Source: Candidatus Pacearchaeota archaeon (lineage in GTDB: Archaea; Nanobdellota; Nanobdellia; Pacearchaeales; GW2011-AR1). From it: a stretch of 64,000 nt of DNA. Under the pieces are notes generated by a model that was given only the letters and a program-made list of their open reading frames with translations, was not told the DNA's origin and searched no databases. The DNA is taken from assembly GCA_023144035.1 (NCBI GenBank), contig JAGLGM010000001.1, positions 65,091 to 129,090 on the forward strand. The letters are read 5' to 3'. Made by a program: the position numbers and the translations under genes. This document shows positions 8,572-23,100 of the stretch, one piece after another; position 1 is the stretch's first letter, and each line of letters starts with the position of its first letter.

Positions 8572-9116
8572 AATTCAACACTCCCAGAAAGCAAAATTCC
8601 ATTAAGAATACTCTCTTTAAGATTTTTATGAATATTCTTAAAAGAAGGATAAAAATTAATAATAATCTTTTTTCTAAACAGCTCTTCATATTTTTCTAGA
8701 AATTTCAAACTTTTTTCTTTCTTTCCAATAACTGCAATATCAACATCAGAACTAAAAATATCTTCTCCCCTAGAATAACTTCCAAAAAGAATAATTGTCG
8801 CTCCATAAAATTCCTCTCTTAATTTAGAAAAAAAACCAGAAGAATAAATTAATCTTAAATTTTCAATTCTCTTTAAATTAATTACTTTATCAAAATTTCT
8901 ATTTAATTCCATATAACTTAAATTCATTTTGCCAACCTTCTCAAAAATTATTAGGTCTGTTTCTATTAATTCAAAAAGAGCTTTAGAAACCGCAGTAGGA
9001 GAAACAGAAAGTTCTTTTGCTACTTGTCTTTGAGTCATTTTTTCTCCTGCTCTTAAACAAAGCAAACCAAAAATATCTTGTTGTAATCTCGTAAACTTAA
9101 ATTTATTTGTATCCAT
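8568..9116 (-). CDS. HTH plus minimal nucleotidyltransferase (MNT) antitoxin
   Basis: N-terminal HTH (QRQVAKELSVSPTAVSKAL); LFGSYSRGED..SSDVDIAV. Confidence 0.85.
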   Translation of the reverse strand: MDTNKFKFTRLQQDIFGLLCLRAGEKMTQRQVAKELSVSPTAVSKALFELIETDLIIFEKVGKMNLSYMELNRNFDKVINLKRIENLRLIYSSGFFSKLREEFYGATIILFGSYSRGEDIFSSDVDIAVIGKKEKSLKFLEKYEELFRKKIIINFYPSFKNIHKNLKESILNGILLSGSVEL

Positions 9117-9248
9117 TATAGTTTATACATGTTAACTAAAGTTTATAAAGCTTTTTGAATCAATACTCTTTACAAAGCATCAATTTACCAACTTCACCAG
9201 TAAGAGATTTTGTGTAATAAAAATCTAATTCAGAAAGGGTTTCCTAAA

Positions 9249-9880
9249 CTAAAACCCTTTTCCATCTAAATTTCTTAAAATAATTTTAATTTCTTCAATA
9301 ACTTTTTGTTGATTTTTCTTATCAGACATCCTTACAAACTTAATTACCAAATCTTTTAACTCGGAAACTTCTAAAACTTTTAATTTTTGATTTAAATCTT
9401 GAATTTTAAATTCAGATTCATTTAGTTTCAAATATAAATTTTCTATTTTAATATCTGATTCATTCATTCTGTCTTTTGTTGCATTATTCATTTGAAGTAT
9501 ACCTCCAATAATTAATTGGTCTAAATTCTTTTGGTTAATAAATCCATCACTATAAATTTCCTCTGGAAGAACTGATAAATTTTCTCTATAAACAAAATTA
9601 GTTAATAAATCAATATCATCATAAATATCGAATGTATCAATACTTCCTCCTCCTGTTGCTCCTGGTTCAGAAACAGATACTGAACCATCAGATTCTATTC
9701 TAAAAGCCTCGACACCATCAGTCCAAAATTCAATCCAATTAAAAAATCCTTCAATATAATTATTAGTATTAATTATAATATTTTTATCTCCTCTGCATTA
9801 ATTGATATAATATCTGCATTTATTAAAGGTAAGGTTAAAAAAATTCCTAATACTAAACATATTAATAATTTTCTATTCAT
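9249..9880 (-). pseudogene. Frameshifted secreted mini-fibre-like protein (about 210 aa if repaired)
   Basis: ATG 9880 signal peptide MNRKLLICLVLG...INADIISINA; adding one base near 9793 gives an open frame GGDKNIIINTNNYIEGFF... continuing into ORF 9249-9491. Confidence 0.7.
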
Positions 9881-9910
9881 TCTAAATTTAATAGATGTTT
9901 ATTTTTATTT

Positions 9911-11107
9911 CTAAAAACCATTAATTTCATCTTTTGTAGCTGTTATTTTTCCTATTTCTCCTGTAAGAGATTTTGTAAAATAAAAATCAAAATCAGTATC
10001 AGTTTCACATAATAAAGAAGTCATATAAAATGATATTGGAGAAATTTGATTATTATCTACACTTAAAATTCCAACATGATAATCTATTGGATTATCATTA
10101 AAAAAATTATAAATTGTATCTTGTTTCAAAGTACTAGGATTTATTGCAATAACTTGAGGATACTCAAGAAAATTAAAATCTGGTGAAGATATTGTAGGAC
10201 CTAAAGTAGTTATAATTCTTCCCATATCATCAATAGCAAGAGAAGAAGGATATCTTAATTTATCTTTTAAAGGTGTTACAACCTTAGAATCTGAAACATT
10301 ATATATTGTTTTAGTTAATTGGTCTAATACATAATATTTTGAATTATTTAATATTCTTCCTTCTAATGTATTCTCTATAATATCCATTTTACCTATAACA
10401 CTTGAACCCATACTTGTAGACACTCCATCAGGTATTGAAAACTCATGAGATATTTCCTTAGTTTCAATATCAATAGAAATTACTTCTTTATTTTTTGGGA
10501 TGTTTTTAACTGCATAAATATTATTATCACTTCCAAGAATCATATCTGTTATTCCAACTAAACTATCATTTTCTAAATATATTTCTTCTTTATATTTTGT
10601 TTCATCATTATATATTCTATATAATTTATCAGAATTATTTGAAGACAAAATAATAGAATTGTCTGGAAGAGTTATTAAATCTAAAATAAGTTTACCAGGT
10701 CTCCACCCTCTTATACCATCTACATATACCTCTCCTAAATATCCTCCTAAAAAATCATCAACTTCTACATTTGATAATTCATATAATATATTTTGAGATG
10801 ATAAATCTGGTGAATTTGTATATATTTTTGGCTTTACAAGAAAATCAGTTCGGTACAAATTTATAACAGGACTTGAACAAAATAATTGAGTTTCTAAACT
10901 GCCTTGATTATCAAAAGATTTTAAAGTACCTTTTTTATTAGAAGATAATCCTCCAGGTCTTTCATAACCTTGTCCTAAAATTGTTTCAGAAACATTAATT
11001 AATTCATAATTATTTTGTTTTATTTCTGAGTCTTCAAATTTAGTACAACTTCCTAAAGCTAATGAACCTGCTAAAATCCCAGATAATAAAATATTTTTTA
11101 GTTTCAT
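9911..11107 (-). CDS. Putative lipoprotein with beta-propeller-like repeats
   Basis: Lipobox-like LALGS-C; repeats such as ITDMILGSDNNIY and YPSSLAIDDMGRI. Confidence 0.6.
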   Translation of the reverse strand: MKLKNILLSGILAGSLALGSCTKFEDSEIKQNNYELINVSETILGQGYERPGGLSSNKKGTLKSFDNQGSLETQLFCSSPVINLYRTDFLVKPKIYTNSPDLSSQNILYELSNVEVDDFLGGYLGEVYVDGIRGWRPGKLILDLITLPDNSIILSSNNSDKLYRIYNDETKYKEEIYLENDSLVGITDMILGSDNNIYAVKNIPKNKEVISIDIETKEISHEFSIPDGVSTSMGSSVIGKMDIIENTLEGRILNNSKYYVLDQLTKTIYNVSDSKVVTPLKDKLRYPSSLAIDDMGRIITTLGPTISSPDFNFLEYPQVIAINPSTLKQDTIYNFFNDNPIDYHVGILSVDNNQISPISFYMTSLLCETDTDFDFYFTKSLTGEIGKITATKDEINGF

Positions 11108-11150
11108 ATTAATTTAACATATTTAAAGTTTATAAATTTTTTTAATTTTT

Positions 11151-14100
11151 TTAACACCATTCTTTTGCTCCCAAATTACATAATGATTTCTTCATTGCTT
11201 GGTTATCTAATAATAATTGATTTATTGTATTATTTTGAGAAATAATTAATTCTTGCTGTCCTTTTGTTGCTTGAACAAGTATAGGAGTTAAATAACCACT
11301 TCTTACTCCTGTTGCATAAAGCATTTTTGTTCCATTTTTATCAATATACCAATTAGATGAATTTGAAGCATTTTCATATATTATTGCCTCAGGAACAATC
11401 TTACCTAATTCTTCTGCAATAAATCCTATATCATGATTTCCAGTATCTTTCCAATTAAAATAACTTCCTTCAATATTAAGAATTTTATCTAAAGCAATTT
11501 GAGAATTTATCTCTGTTATATTTTCTTTCCATCTTATAGAAGAACCAAAACCATAGGTATTATGTGGAGAATAAAAATCAGCAGTGCCACCATCACCATA
11601 CACACCATAAGTAGTCCCTGTACCATACATACCAGTGTTTCCATCACCATATACACCAGTAGCAGTTCCTATACCATATACACCAGTAGTACCTCCACTA
11701 CCATATACACCATAAGTAGTTCCATAACTATATATTCCTGTATTGTCACCATCATGAATATAAACAGAATAAGTTGAAGCATCTGTTCCACTATTACCAA
11801 TTCTTAATCTAGATAAAGGAGTTGTATCTCCAATACCTACATTTCCATTATTAATATAAAAAACTTCTCCAGTGCTATCTCTCATTCTAATTCCTGCTAA
11901 ATCACTATTAAGAAATAAATCACTATGAGATTCAGAACCAAATCCAATATATCCTAATCTTGTAGGAGTTGCTCCATAATAAAATGAAAGAATTGGATTT
12001 GCTGCTGTTTCTGTGGTTTCTGTATCTGTAAGAGAAAGCATATTTGCTCCACCAGCAGAAGAAAGAGATAAAAGCGCATTAGGACTATTAGTTCCAATTC
12101 CCCATTTATCTGCTGAAGCATCATAATATAATCCTGCATTTCCTGATGATTTTCCAAGATTTAAATCAGCTATAGCAGGTGCATCTTCATCATAATTATA
12201 AATATTAAAAATATCATTTGCATCTTGATAAAATGTTGCTCTAAATGTTGAATCTCCAAATATTTTTAATCCTACAGCAGCAGCATTAGGGTCTATTATT
12301 TGACTTCCAACAACATGTAATTTCTCAGTAGGATTAGCTGTTCCAATACCTACTCTATTTGTACTTGTATCTACAAACAAATCAGTATTATCAACACTAA
12401 AGTTTCCTGTAAAGTTTCCATCTCCTACTACATTTAAAATATTTTGAGGTGTTATTGTGTTTATACCTACCTTTCCATCTATATCAAATGAGTGTTTATA
12501 TCCTCCTCCAACATATATCTGAAGTTCTGCATCTGTATCTTCAACAGGTCCAAGAAGCATTTTAGTGCCATCCATACCCATCATTCTTATTATGGTTCCA
12601 TCAGAGAATGCACTATAATAACCTCCATATATAACTATTGGTTTATCTCCTCCATCAACATAAAGGTCTCCTCCACTAACATTTGTAGTTCCAATAACAT
12701 GTAAAGGGTTTAATGGACTATCAGTTCCAATACCTACTCTACTAGTTGAACTATCTACAAATAAATCACTTGTATCAACAACCAAATCTCCTCCGAAAGT
12801 TCCAGTCCCAGCAGCATTAAGATTAGGAGCTCCTGTAAGATATAAACCAACATCATCATCAAAATACCCCCAAACTTTATTACCATCTTCAGGTTCAATA
12901 AATTGAAGATCTTCTCCACTAACCCTTATAGCTGCATCTCCAGTACCAGAAGTATCAAAATAAATAGTTGCATCTGCTTTATCTATTCTCAAATCTCCAG
13001 TCATAGTATCTCCTATAACAGCAACAAAATCTAAACTATCCATAGTATCTAAAGTATCAGCATCTCCAACTTTATCTCCTGATTCATAAAATTCAGTTAC
13101 ATCTGAAAGAGTTGCATAAAGACTAGCTTCATCAGTTAATGTGGCTCCTTTAGTATTTATTTGAGTTTGTATATCTGAACTAACTCCTTGTAAATAATCC
13201 ATTTCTGTTGTAGTTACTCCACTTGCCCAATCATAAATATCATCTTTTTCAGGAACACTAGTATCTCCATCCCAACCAACAGCCCAAACTTCATTTGCAC
13301 CAACAGCACCAGTTACTGAATCCCCATTTTCCCAAAATTGTGTTACATCTGAAAGAGTTGCATAAAGACTAGCTTCATCAGTTAATGTGGCTCCTTTAGT
13401 ATTTATTTGAGTTTGTATATCTGAACTAACTCCTTGTAAATAATCCATTTCTGTTGTAGTTACTCCACTTGCCCAATCATAAATATCATCTTTTTCAGGA
13501 ACACTAGTATCTCCATCCCAACCAACAGCCCAAACTTCATTTGCACCAACAGCACCAGTTACTGAATCCCCATTTTCCCAAAATTCAGTTACATCATTAA
13601 GTAAAGTGTATAAATTTGCTTCTGTCATTACAGTTATTTCTGTATAATCTATTGCTGTTCCTAAATCTACACTTAATACTGAACCACTTCCAGTAAGCCC
13701 TGTACCATCAACATCTGTTGCATCAAAAGTTAAAGCGCATGTGCCTGAAGTACACCCGCCATTTAAACCAGAGGTACCTGCAGTAGTTGTTATTCCTGTA
13801 ATATCTCCTGTATTACTTGTATACCCTTCAGGATTTGAAGCATTATAAAAATGAGTTGCATCTAAGCCATCTAATAAATTAGCATCCCCTCCATCAATAG
13901 CATCAGTACCACAACTAAAAGTATTTGAAGAAACAGTATATAATAATTTCCCACTTGTACAATCAGGAATAGCTTTTGTTTGCCAAGTTGATGTTCCGCT
14001 ACCAACCATTATTGAATCTTCAACACTTGCTGTAAGTCCAGTTCCTCCATTTGCGACAGGTAATGTTCCTGTTACTTCTGATGTAAGAGTAATAGTTCCA

Positions 14101-17100
14101 TCATCAATTATTCCTACATCTGATTCACTTATTGCAGTACCTCCAAAAGTAATATCTCCACCTGTAACCGTTAAATCTCCTGAAAAACTAGAAGCAGGAG
14201 AAGTAATTGTAACAGAAGTATCAGCATTCATAGCAAGAGTATCATCAGATTCAATAACCATTCCTGTCGCTGTTCCATCAATATATGTTCCTGTATCTAC
14301 CCATCTAATATCTGTTCCAGAAGCCATTGTAATTGGAGCTGTACTTGAAAAAGTATGTGCTGCTGTCCATTCAAAAGTTGCTCCCTCATTTAATTCATCG
14401 TCACTAATTGAATTAGCTGGAACAGTTATTCCAGTAACAAAAGTTGGAGAAGTACTAAATACAACATCTCCAGTTCCAGTTCTTGCAGAATAATTTGCAG
14501 ACCATAAAGGTTCTCCAATTGGAGCATATGCTGCATCACCTTCAGTAGCAGTAAGTAAGTCAGCATGAACTTCATTAACAGCCCAAGGATTTGCAGTATT
14601 ATCCCAATCTGCTGTAATTGTTTCAGCTTCTCCTAAAAATGCAACAAGTGATTTATTTCCTGTCCAATAAGGATCTGTTTCTGTGTAAGATGTTAATACA
14701 GCATTTTCATTAGAATAAATTGTTCCTGTAAAATTACCATCTCCAATTACATTTAAAGTGTTTTGAGGAGAAGTTGTTCCAATACCTACATTTCCTGTAT
14801 TTACATCCCAGTGCATTATAGCATACCAACTACTACCTGCATCTGGACTTCTATCTAATACTAAATCTGCACCAGCTGTTTCTCTAAATGAAAACCAATC
14901 ACTACCTGCCCCTCCTGCTTCTCTAAATTCTAAAAGCCTTGAAGCTCCGGGAGTATTACTTGCACTTGGAGCTTTTATACTTAATGATGCCTCAGGACTA
15001 CTTGTTCCAATCCCAACATTCCCAGTTCCTAAATCCATTACTAAAATATTATCTACTCTTGTTCCTATTGCATCTGTTAAAGAAGTATATTTAGCAATTC
15101 CTCCATTAACATTAAAAAGTATTCCTTTATCATCTGCTCCCCCTCCTAAATCTCCATAGATTACATTTACAGAATCTCCTTCCATTACCAAATTAGCATT
15201 TCCACCACTATTATAAATATGTTGTGTTAAACCAGTCATATCTCCTGTACTTCCAAATAAATTTAATCCGGGGCTTGTTGTTCCGATACCTACATTTCCA
15301 TCTTTGTCTATTCTCATTTGCTCAGATATTGAACCCCCTGTGGATGTAACAAATAATAATACAGCAGAATCTTCAATAGTACCAGATATATGAGAATATA
15401 TTGCTGCAACTGTTGAATCCTTTGCTTTAAACTGAATACCACCAACACTATAATCATCACCTAATTCTTGAACTCTGTTTAAAATCAAATTAGGTGCAGC
15501 AGTTGTTTTCTTTAATTCTAATAAATCTCCAGGACTATCAGTTCCAATACCTACATTTCCAGCAGAATCAATTCTCATACCTTCAGCTGCTGCACCATAT
15601 TTAAAAATTAATTCATTAGTTGCATCAGAATGTATACCTGCTCTTTCTACTCCTCCTACTGTTTCTCTAAAAGTATATCCACCTGCTATCCTTCCAATTC
15701 CAATATCTCCATTTACTTCTAATTTTGTTCCAGGGATATCAGTCCCAATACCAATATTTTGATTTTCTAACCAAGTCATAATTGTACTTGCACTTACTCC
15801 TTCTTCTCTTAATCTAAACCTTCCTTGACTTCCATCATCATCTGATAAAAATCTAAAAGGAATACCATTTGTATCTGTTGAAGTTAATCCTATTTGTGCT
15901 GTTGCATCTTCAATTTCTAAATTATAATCAGGACTATCAGTTCCAATACCTACATTACCTGCTTGATTAATATACATACGAGAATTTGAACCATTAGTTT
16001 GAAATTCAATTCCGTCGGCTACATCAGTTGTTCTTATTGTATAATCTGAATTAGAACCACTATCAAATCCAGAAAAACCTATTGTATCTCCATTTCCATC
16101 TTTAACAATTGTATATCCATAAGAAGCATCCAAAACCCCTGTGCTTTGTAATGTTATATGAGTATCAGAATCTTTTAAGTGTAGAATTGTATCAGGATTA
16201 TCTGTTCCAATACCTACATTTCCATCATTATTATTCACAAAAAAATCTGTTCCACCAACACTCAAATTATTATCACCTAAAACAAGATTTGTGTTTGCAC
16301 CAGTATAAGGAACATAACTTGTATTTGTTGTAGAACTCCAAGTAGTGTTATAAGCTGTCCAATTTGACACCCAAGTAGAACCTTGACTCCAAGAATTATT
16401 ATAAGCTGTATAATTTGAAGACCAAAGAGGTTCATTAACTAAAGCATAAGAAGTATTTGTTGTAGAACTCCAAGTAGTGTTGTAAGCTGTCCAATTAGCT
16501 AACCAAGTAACATCTCCACCTGAACTCCAAGTAGTGTTATAAGCTGTCCAATTAGCTAACCAAGTTGCATCTGAACCAGAACCACTAACAGAACTTAAAC
16601 AATTTCCTCCTTCAATACAAAAATCTACTTGAGAAGTTACATTTCCTGTGAAATTTCCATCTCCAATTACATTTAAGGTGTTTTGGGGTGTTGCAGTGTT
16701 TATACCTATGTTTCCACCATCTTTAAGAATCATCCTAAGATGAGAATCTGTTCTACCTCCAACATAAAATTCAATATCTGTTGAGGGAGTATAAGCAGTA
16801 AGAAATAAATTTCCACCAGAACTTTGAATCCCGCCTTTTCCAGCATAATTAGGAACAGCTGCATATCCATCAGAATGAGTAGCAAAATTTAATTGGGAAT
16901 CACTCCCATTTGCAGGAGCATTAAATAAAAACCCTGCAGAACCATCATTTGAAGTTGTATCCACTCTACTTCTAATATTATCTGAACCAGAAATATGTAA
17001 AATTCTTTCAGGATTATCTGTCCCAATACCTACATTACCATCAACAATTAAAGTATCACTGGTTCTTAATTTGTCTGCAGAATCCCTATATAAATCTACA

Positions 17101-20100
17101 TCAATATCTGTACTTCCTGCACCCCATCCTAATTTCCCAACACCATCAAAATTAAATCTTGCATAAGTTTCTCCACTAATTGATGTATAAAAAACTCCTC
17201 TACCAGAAGTTGGAATTGTATTATGAACTAAACCAAAACTCATTCTATCATATAAATCATCACTCTTCATTTTTATTTCGCCTTGATTTCCTTCAATACT
17301 AAAAATCTGTATATTATTACCTGATGTTGTATCTATAATATGTAATTTATCTTCTGGACTACTCGTCCCAATCCCAACATTCCCAGTTGAACTATCTACA
17401 AATAAATCAGTATTATCAACACTAAAGTTTCCTGTGAAGTTTCCATCTCCAATTACATTTAAGGTGTTTTGAGGGGTTGTTGTGTTTATACCTACTCTAG
17501 CAACTCCACCAGTTTCATCAATACGAATTCCTTCAACTCCACCAGCAACTAAACTTAGTTGGTCTGGAGTTCCATCAATAGCAGTTGCTATTCCTGTGTT
17601 TTCATCACCTTCAAAAGTTATTGTTAGACTAGCTAATGTTGGTGCTTCTGCTTTTAAACTACCACCATAAGCTACATTTGAACCAAAATATCTATTATTC
17701 TTTAAGGCAAATTTCGCAACTCCTCCAAGTACAAAATTTAATCTATCATCCAAACTTTCATAAAAACCAGTATCACCATCACCAAAAGTTAAACCTCCAG
17801 ATAAACTTCCTAATGTTCCATTAAGATTTAATAAAGATTGAGGATTATCTGTCCCTATCCCAACATTATCACCACTATTAGTTAGAAAAACATCAGTTCC
17901 TGCCCTACTCCAAGTTGAAGTATTACCTGAGAATGTTCCGAAGAAATTAGAAGCAGTTACATTCCCTGCAATAGAAACATTACCAGAACTAAAATCCCCC
18001 TGAATCAAAGGAACAGCATTTACATTTGCTTGTTGAACTATGAATTGATTAGATAAAACATTATTTAAACCAGCTTGATAACCTAAAGCAACAACATCGT
18101 CACCTGTGTTATTATAACCTGCTTGATAACCAATTCCTGTAATTGTATGTCCTGTGTTTAAACGACCAGCCTCGTAACCAATTCCTATAGCATTACTTCC
18201 TTCATTTGAATAACCTGCTCTAAAACCAATTGTTGATTGATAAGCTCCTTGATTTGAATAACCTGCTTGATAACCTATTGCTACTTGATTAATTCCTGTA
18301 TTTGAATGACCTGAATAAGGTCCAAATACAACTTGATTACTTCCTATATTTGAATAACCTGCATAATAACCTATTGCTGATTGACCCACACCTTCATTTT
18401 CACGACCTGCATTAAGACCAAATACTGATTGATAATCTGCTTTATTATCATAACCTGCATAATAACCTATTGCAACTTGACTAGTTCCATTATTTTGATA
18501 ACCTGCATAATAACCTATTGCTGATTGATAATCTCCTGTGTTTAAATAACCTGAATAAGCTCCTAATGCAGCTTGATTAAATCCGGTATTTGCTTGGCCT
18601 GTACGATAACCTACTGCTGATTGTTGGTTTCCTGTATTTGATAAACCTGCTTGATAACCAATTGCTATTTGACGATTTCCTGTATTTGAAAAACCTGCTT
18701 GATAACCAATTGCTAAAGAATATAAAGTATCAGAACCTGCTAATTTTCCAATTCCAAAACTATTATTTGTTTCAAAATATTCTATAAAATCATCACCACC
18801 AAATTTATATGTTTGGTCATTTGGAATTGTTAATCCTCCTGTAAAGTTTCCATCTCCAATTACATTTAAGGTGTTTTGTGGGGTTAAAGTATTTATTCCA
18901 ACATTTCCTGTATTATCTATCCTCATTCTTTCTAAACCATTTGTTGCAAACCTCATATTAGTATCTTCATAATTCCAAAATATTAATTCTTCAACAGTAG
19001 ACATACCAAATAAAACACCATCACTTGAACCAACACCTGTATCATCATTTGAAAATCTTACATGTAAACTACCTCCTCCTGATTCAAATAAATCTAAATT
19101 ACGAGTTGGTGTTGAAGTTCCAATCCCAACATTCCCAGTTGAACTATCTACAAATAAATCAGTATTATCAACACTAAAGTTTCCTGTGAAGTTTCCATCT
19201 CCAATTACATTTAAGGTGTTTTGAGGTGTTGAAGTGTTGATACCTACATTTCCACTATTAATATAAGAGTTTCCATTTGGATTTATTCTCACATTGTTAT
19301 TCAAAGAAGAATCCCATAAATCTAATACTCCTGTAGCAGAAGCTAAACGCATTCTTTGTGTATAACCATCATCACTATCTCTCCAATAAAATACATCTCC
19401 TGTATCAAAATTAATATTCCCTCCAGTACTCCTTAGAATAAGTGCAGAATTTCCTACGAAAGTTAAGGCGTTTGTCCCCATTATTATTCCTTGTCCAACT
19501 GAATTTACATACATTTGGACATTCTCTGCACTTTTGTCATCATATCCATTTAATTGTATACCTTTTCCATCTACACTTTGACTAACTTCTAATTTTACAG
19601 AAGGATTATCAGTCCCAATCCCAACATTATCTCCACTATTAGTTAGAAAAACATCAGTTCCTGCCCTACTCCAAGTTGAAGTATTACCCGAGAATGTTCC
19701 GAAGAAATTAGAAGCAGTTACATTCCCTGCAATAGAAACATTACCAGAACTAAAATCCCCCTGTATCAAAGGAACAGCATTTACATTTGCTTGTTGAACT
19801 ATGAATTGGTCATCTAAAACATTATTTAAACCAGCTTGATAACCTAAAGCAACTACATCGTCACCAGTGTTATTTTGTGTTGCATAATATCCAATTCCTG
19901 TAACTCTATGTCCTGTATTTAAATAACCTGCATAATACCCTATTACTGTTTGAAAACTTCCTGTGTTTTCACGACCTGCAAGATAACCTATTGCTGATTG
20001 ATAAGCTCCTGAATTTTGACGACCAGCATTATAACCTAATGCTGATTGAGAACTCCCTGTATTTTGATAACCTGCAGAATGACCTATTACTACTTGATTA

Positions 20101-23100
20101 ATTCCTGTGTTTGAATTACCTGCATAATAACCTATTGCTGTTTGAATAGTTCCTGTATTTGATTTACCTGCTTGATAACCTATTGCAGTTTGATAAGTTC
20201 CTGTGTTTTGATAACCTGCATAATAACCTATTGCTAAAGAAATTAAAGTATCAGAACCTGCTGATTTTCCAACTCCAAAACTATTATTTGTTTCAAAATA
20301 TTCTATAAAATCATCACCACCAAATTTATATGTTTGGTCATTTGGAATTGTTAATCCTCCTGTGAAGTTTCCATCTCCAATTACATTTAATGTGTTTTGT
20401 GGGGTTGTAGTGTTTATACCAACTTTTTCAAAAAAACCATAATCAGAAGTAATATTATAACCTGTATGATTTATATTTTCATGCATGTGAAAAGAAAGAG
20501 GGTCTACTTCATTTCCTATCTTTGGAGTATAACCACTTGAAACATACATTGCATCAATTCTTAATTTGTGTTGAACATTTGCTCCATTGTTATGAGTTAT
20601 TTTAATCATTATTTTATCATCAATTAAATGGTCAGAAGCATCTCTCATATCTGCGCAAGCCCATCTAAAAGTCTCTCCAGACCTAAAAGTAATATAATCT
20701 TCCCAATAACCACCAGTGTCCCAAATTGCTAAATCAAAATCTTCATTATCAGAAATATATCTTACACAAATTCTATTAACCTCACTTGAAACATTTGCTG
20801 TAGTATTTGCATAATATTCTAAACCCTGCGGAACAACCTCTGTTAAATTATAAGTTACAGCATCATAATTATTATATTGTTGTGTTGAAGTCAAACTTCC
20901 CTCTGGCGTTCCATAAACTACAGTTTCAGTTACAAAAAACCAAACATCTCCTAATAATAGTTCATCTAATTTAGATTCATTAAAAGTTAAATTATATCCA
21001 TTAAAATCACTCCAAGTATCTGTTGTCCAATTAAATAATCCATTGAACCAGTTTCCTGTAACATTCCCTGCAATAGAAACATTACCAGAACTAAAATCCC
21101 CCTGAATCAAAGGAACAGCATTTACATTTGCTTGTTGAACTATGAATTGATTAGAATCATTATTATAATATCCTGCTTGATAACCTATTGCTACAACATC
21201 ATCACCTGTGTTATTATAACCTGCTTCATATCCAAATACAGTAATAGAATTACCAGAATTACGAAAAGCACTGCTTCCACCAATTGCAGTTACAGAAAAA
21301 CCTTCATTTTGATAAGCACTATTAGAACCAAATGCTACAATACTATTACCTAATTGATATCCACCTGCTCTATAACCAACAGCAGTAACATATTGTCCCT
21401 CATTATGATTAAGGGCTTGATAACCCACACCAACAGAATAAACACCTGGACTTGAATATCCTGCCCAAGTTCCAATTAAAACATTTCTACCTCCAGTATT
21501 TCCATCACCTGCTCTATAACCAACAGCTGTAACATCATTACCAGTATTTCCATCACCTGCTAAATAACCAAAATATGTAGATTGACTTGTAGGATTTCCA
21601 GATAATGTTCCAACAGATAATGATTTTAATGTATCATTAAATCTAAAGTTACTTGAATATATTTGACCATCTACTTCTAATTTATAATCTGGACTATCTG
21701 TCCCTATCCCAACACTATCTCCAGTATTAGTCAAGAAAACATCAGTTCCTGCCCTACTCCAAGTTGAAGTATTACCAGAGAATGTTCCGAAGAAATTAGA
21801 AGCAGTTACATTCCCTGCAATAGAAACATTACCAGAACTAAAATCCCCCTGAATTAAAGGAACAGCATTTACATTTGCTTGTTGAACTATGAATTGGTCA
21901 TCTAAAACATTATTTTCTCCTGCTTCATAACCAATGAAAACCCCATCATCTCCAGTATTATTATAACCTGCTTGATAACTAATTCCTGTAACTCTAAGTC
22001 CTGTATTTAGATAACCTGCATTATAACCAATAGAAGTTACAAAGGCTCCAGTATTCTTATAACCTGAATTATATCCTATTGAGACTAAAGATTCTCCAAT
22101 GTTCTCAAATCCTGCTTGATAGCCAAATAATGAAACACTTGCCCCAGTGTTTTCACTTCCAGAAGAATGTCCAAAAAAAGTACTTAGTGAACCAGTATTC
22201 TTATAACCTGCTCTATAACCAACAGCGTTAGAACCAGTCCCAGTATTTGTATGTAATGCTCCAATTCCAAAAGCATTTGAATAAGTTCCAGAATTAAAAG
22301 CTAATGCTTGATAACCAACACCACTAGAATATGCTCCAGTATTTGAAAAACCTGTTTGATAACCTAGAAGAGTTGTTTGAGTTAAGATATCTCCAGTTGA
22401 TGAACCAACAACAGTTGATTTTAAAGAATCACTCCAATTAAAATTAGTTGATTTTATACTTCCTATAACTTCAAGTTCTTCACCAGGATTATCAGTCCCT
22501 ATCCCAACATTATCTCCAATATTAGTTAAGAAAACATCAGTTCCTGCCCTACTCCAAGTTGAAGTATTACCCGAGAATGTTCCAAAGAAATTAGAAGCAG
22601 TTACATTCCCTGCAATAGAAACATTACCAGAACTAAAATCCCCCTGTATCAAAGGAACAGCATTTACATTTGCTTGTTGAACTATGAATTGGTCATCTAA
22701 AACATTATTTTCTCCTGCTTCATAACCTAAAGCAACAACATCGTCACCTGTGTTATTTCGTGTTGCTTCTGCACCCAAACCTGTAACCCTATGTCCTGTA
22801 TTATCATGACCTGCATTAGAACCAATTGCTGCTTGATAATCTCCTGTGTTTTCATAACCTGCAAGATAACCCATTGCTGTTTGATAACCTCCTTCATTTA
22901 ATTGACCTGCTTGATTACCTATTGCTGATTGATAGTTTCCAGTATTTGAACGACCTGCATTTACTCCTATTGCTGATTGAAAAGTTCCTGTGTTTTGATA
23001 ACCTGTATAAAAACCTATTGCTGATTGACCATAACCTTCATTTTCATAACCTGCACGATAACCTATTGCTACTTGATTAGTTCCTGTGTTTAAATAACCT

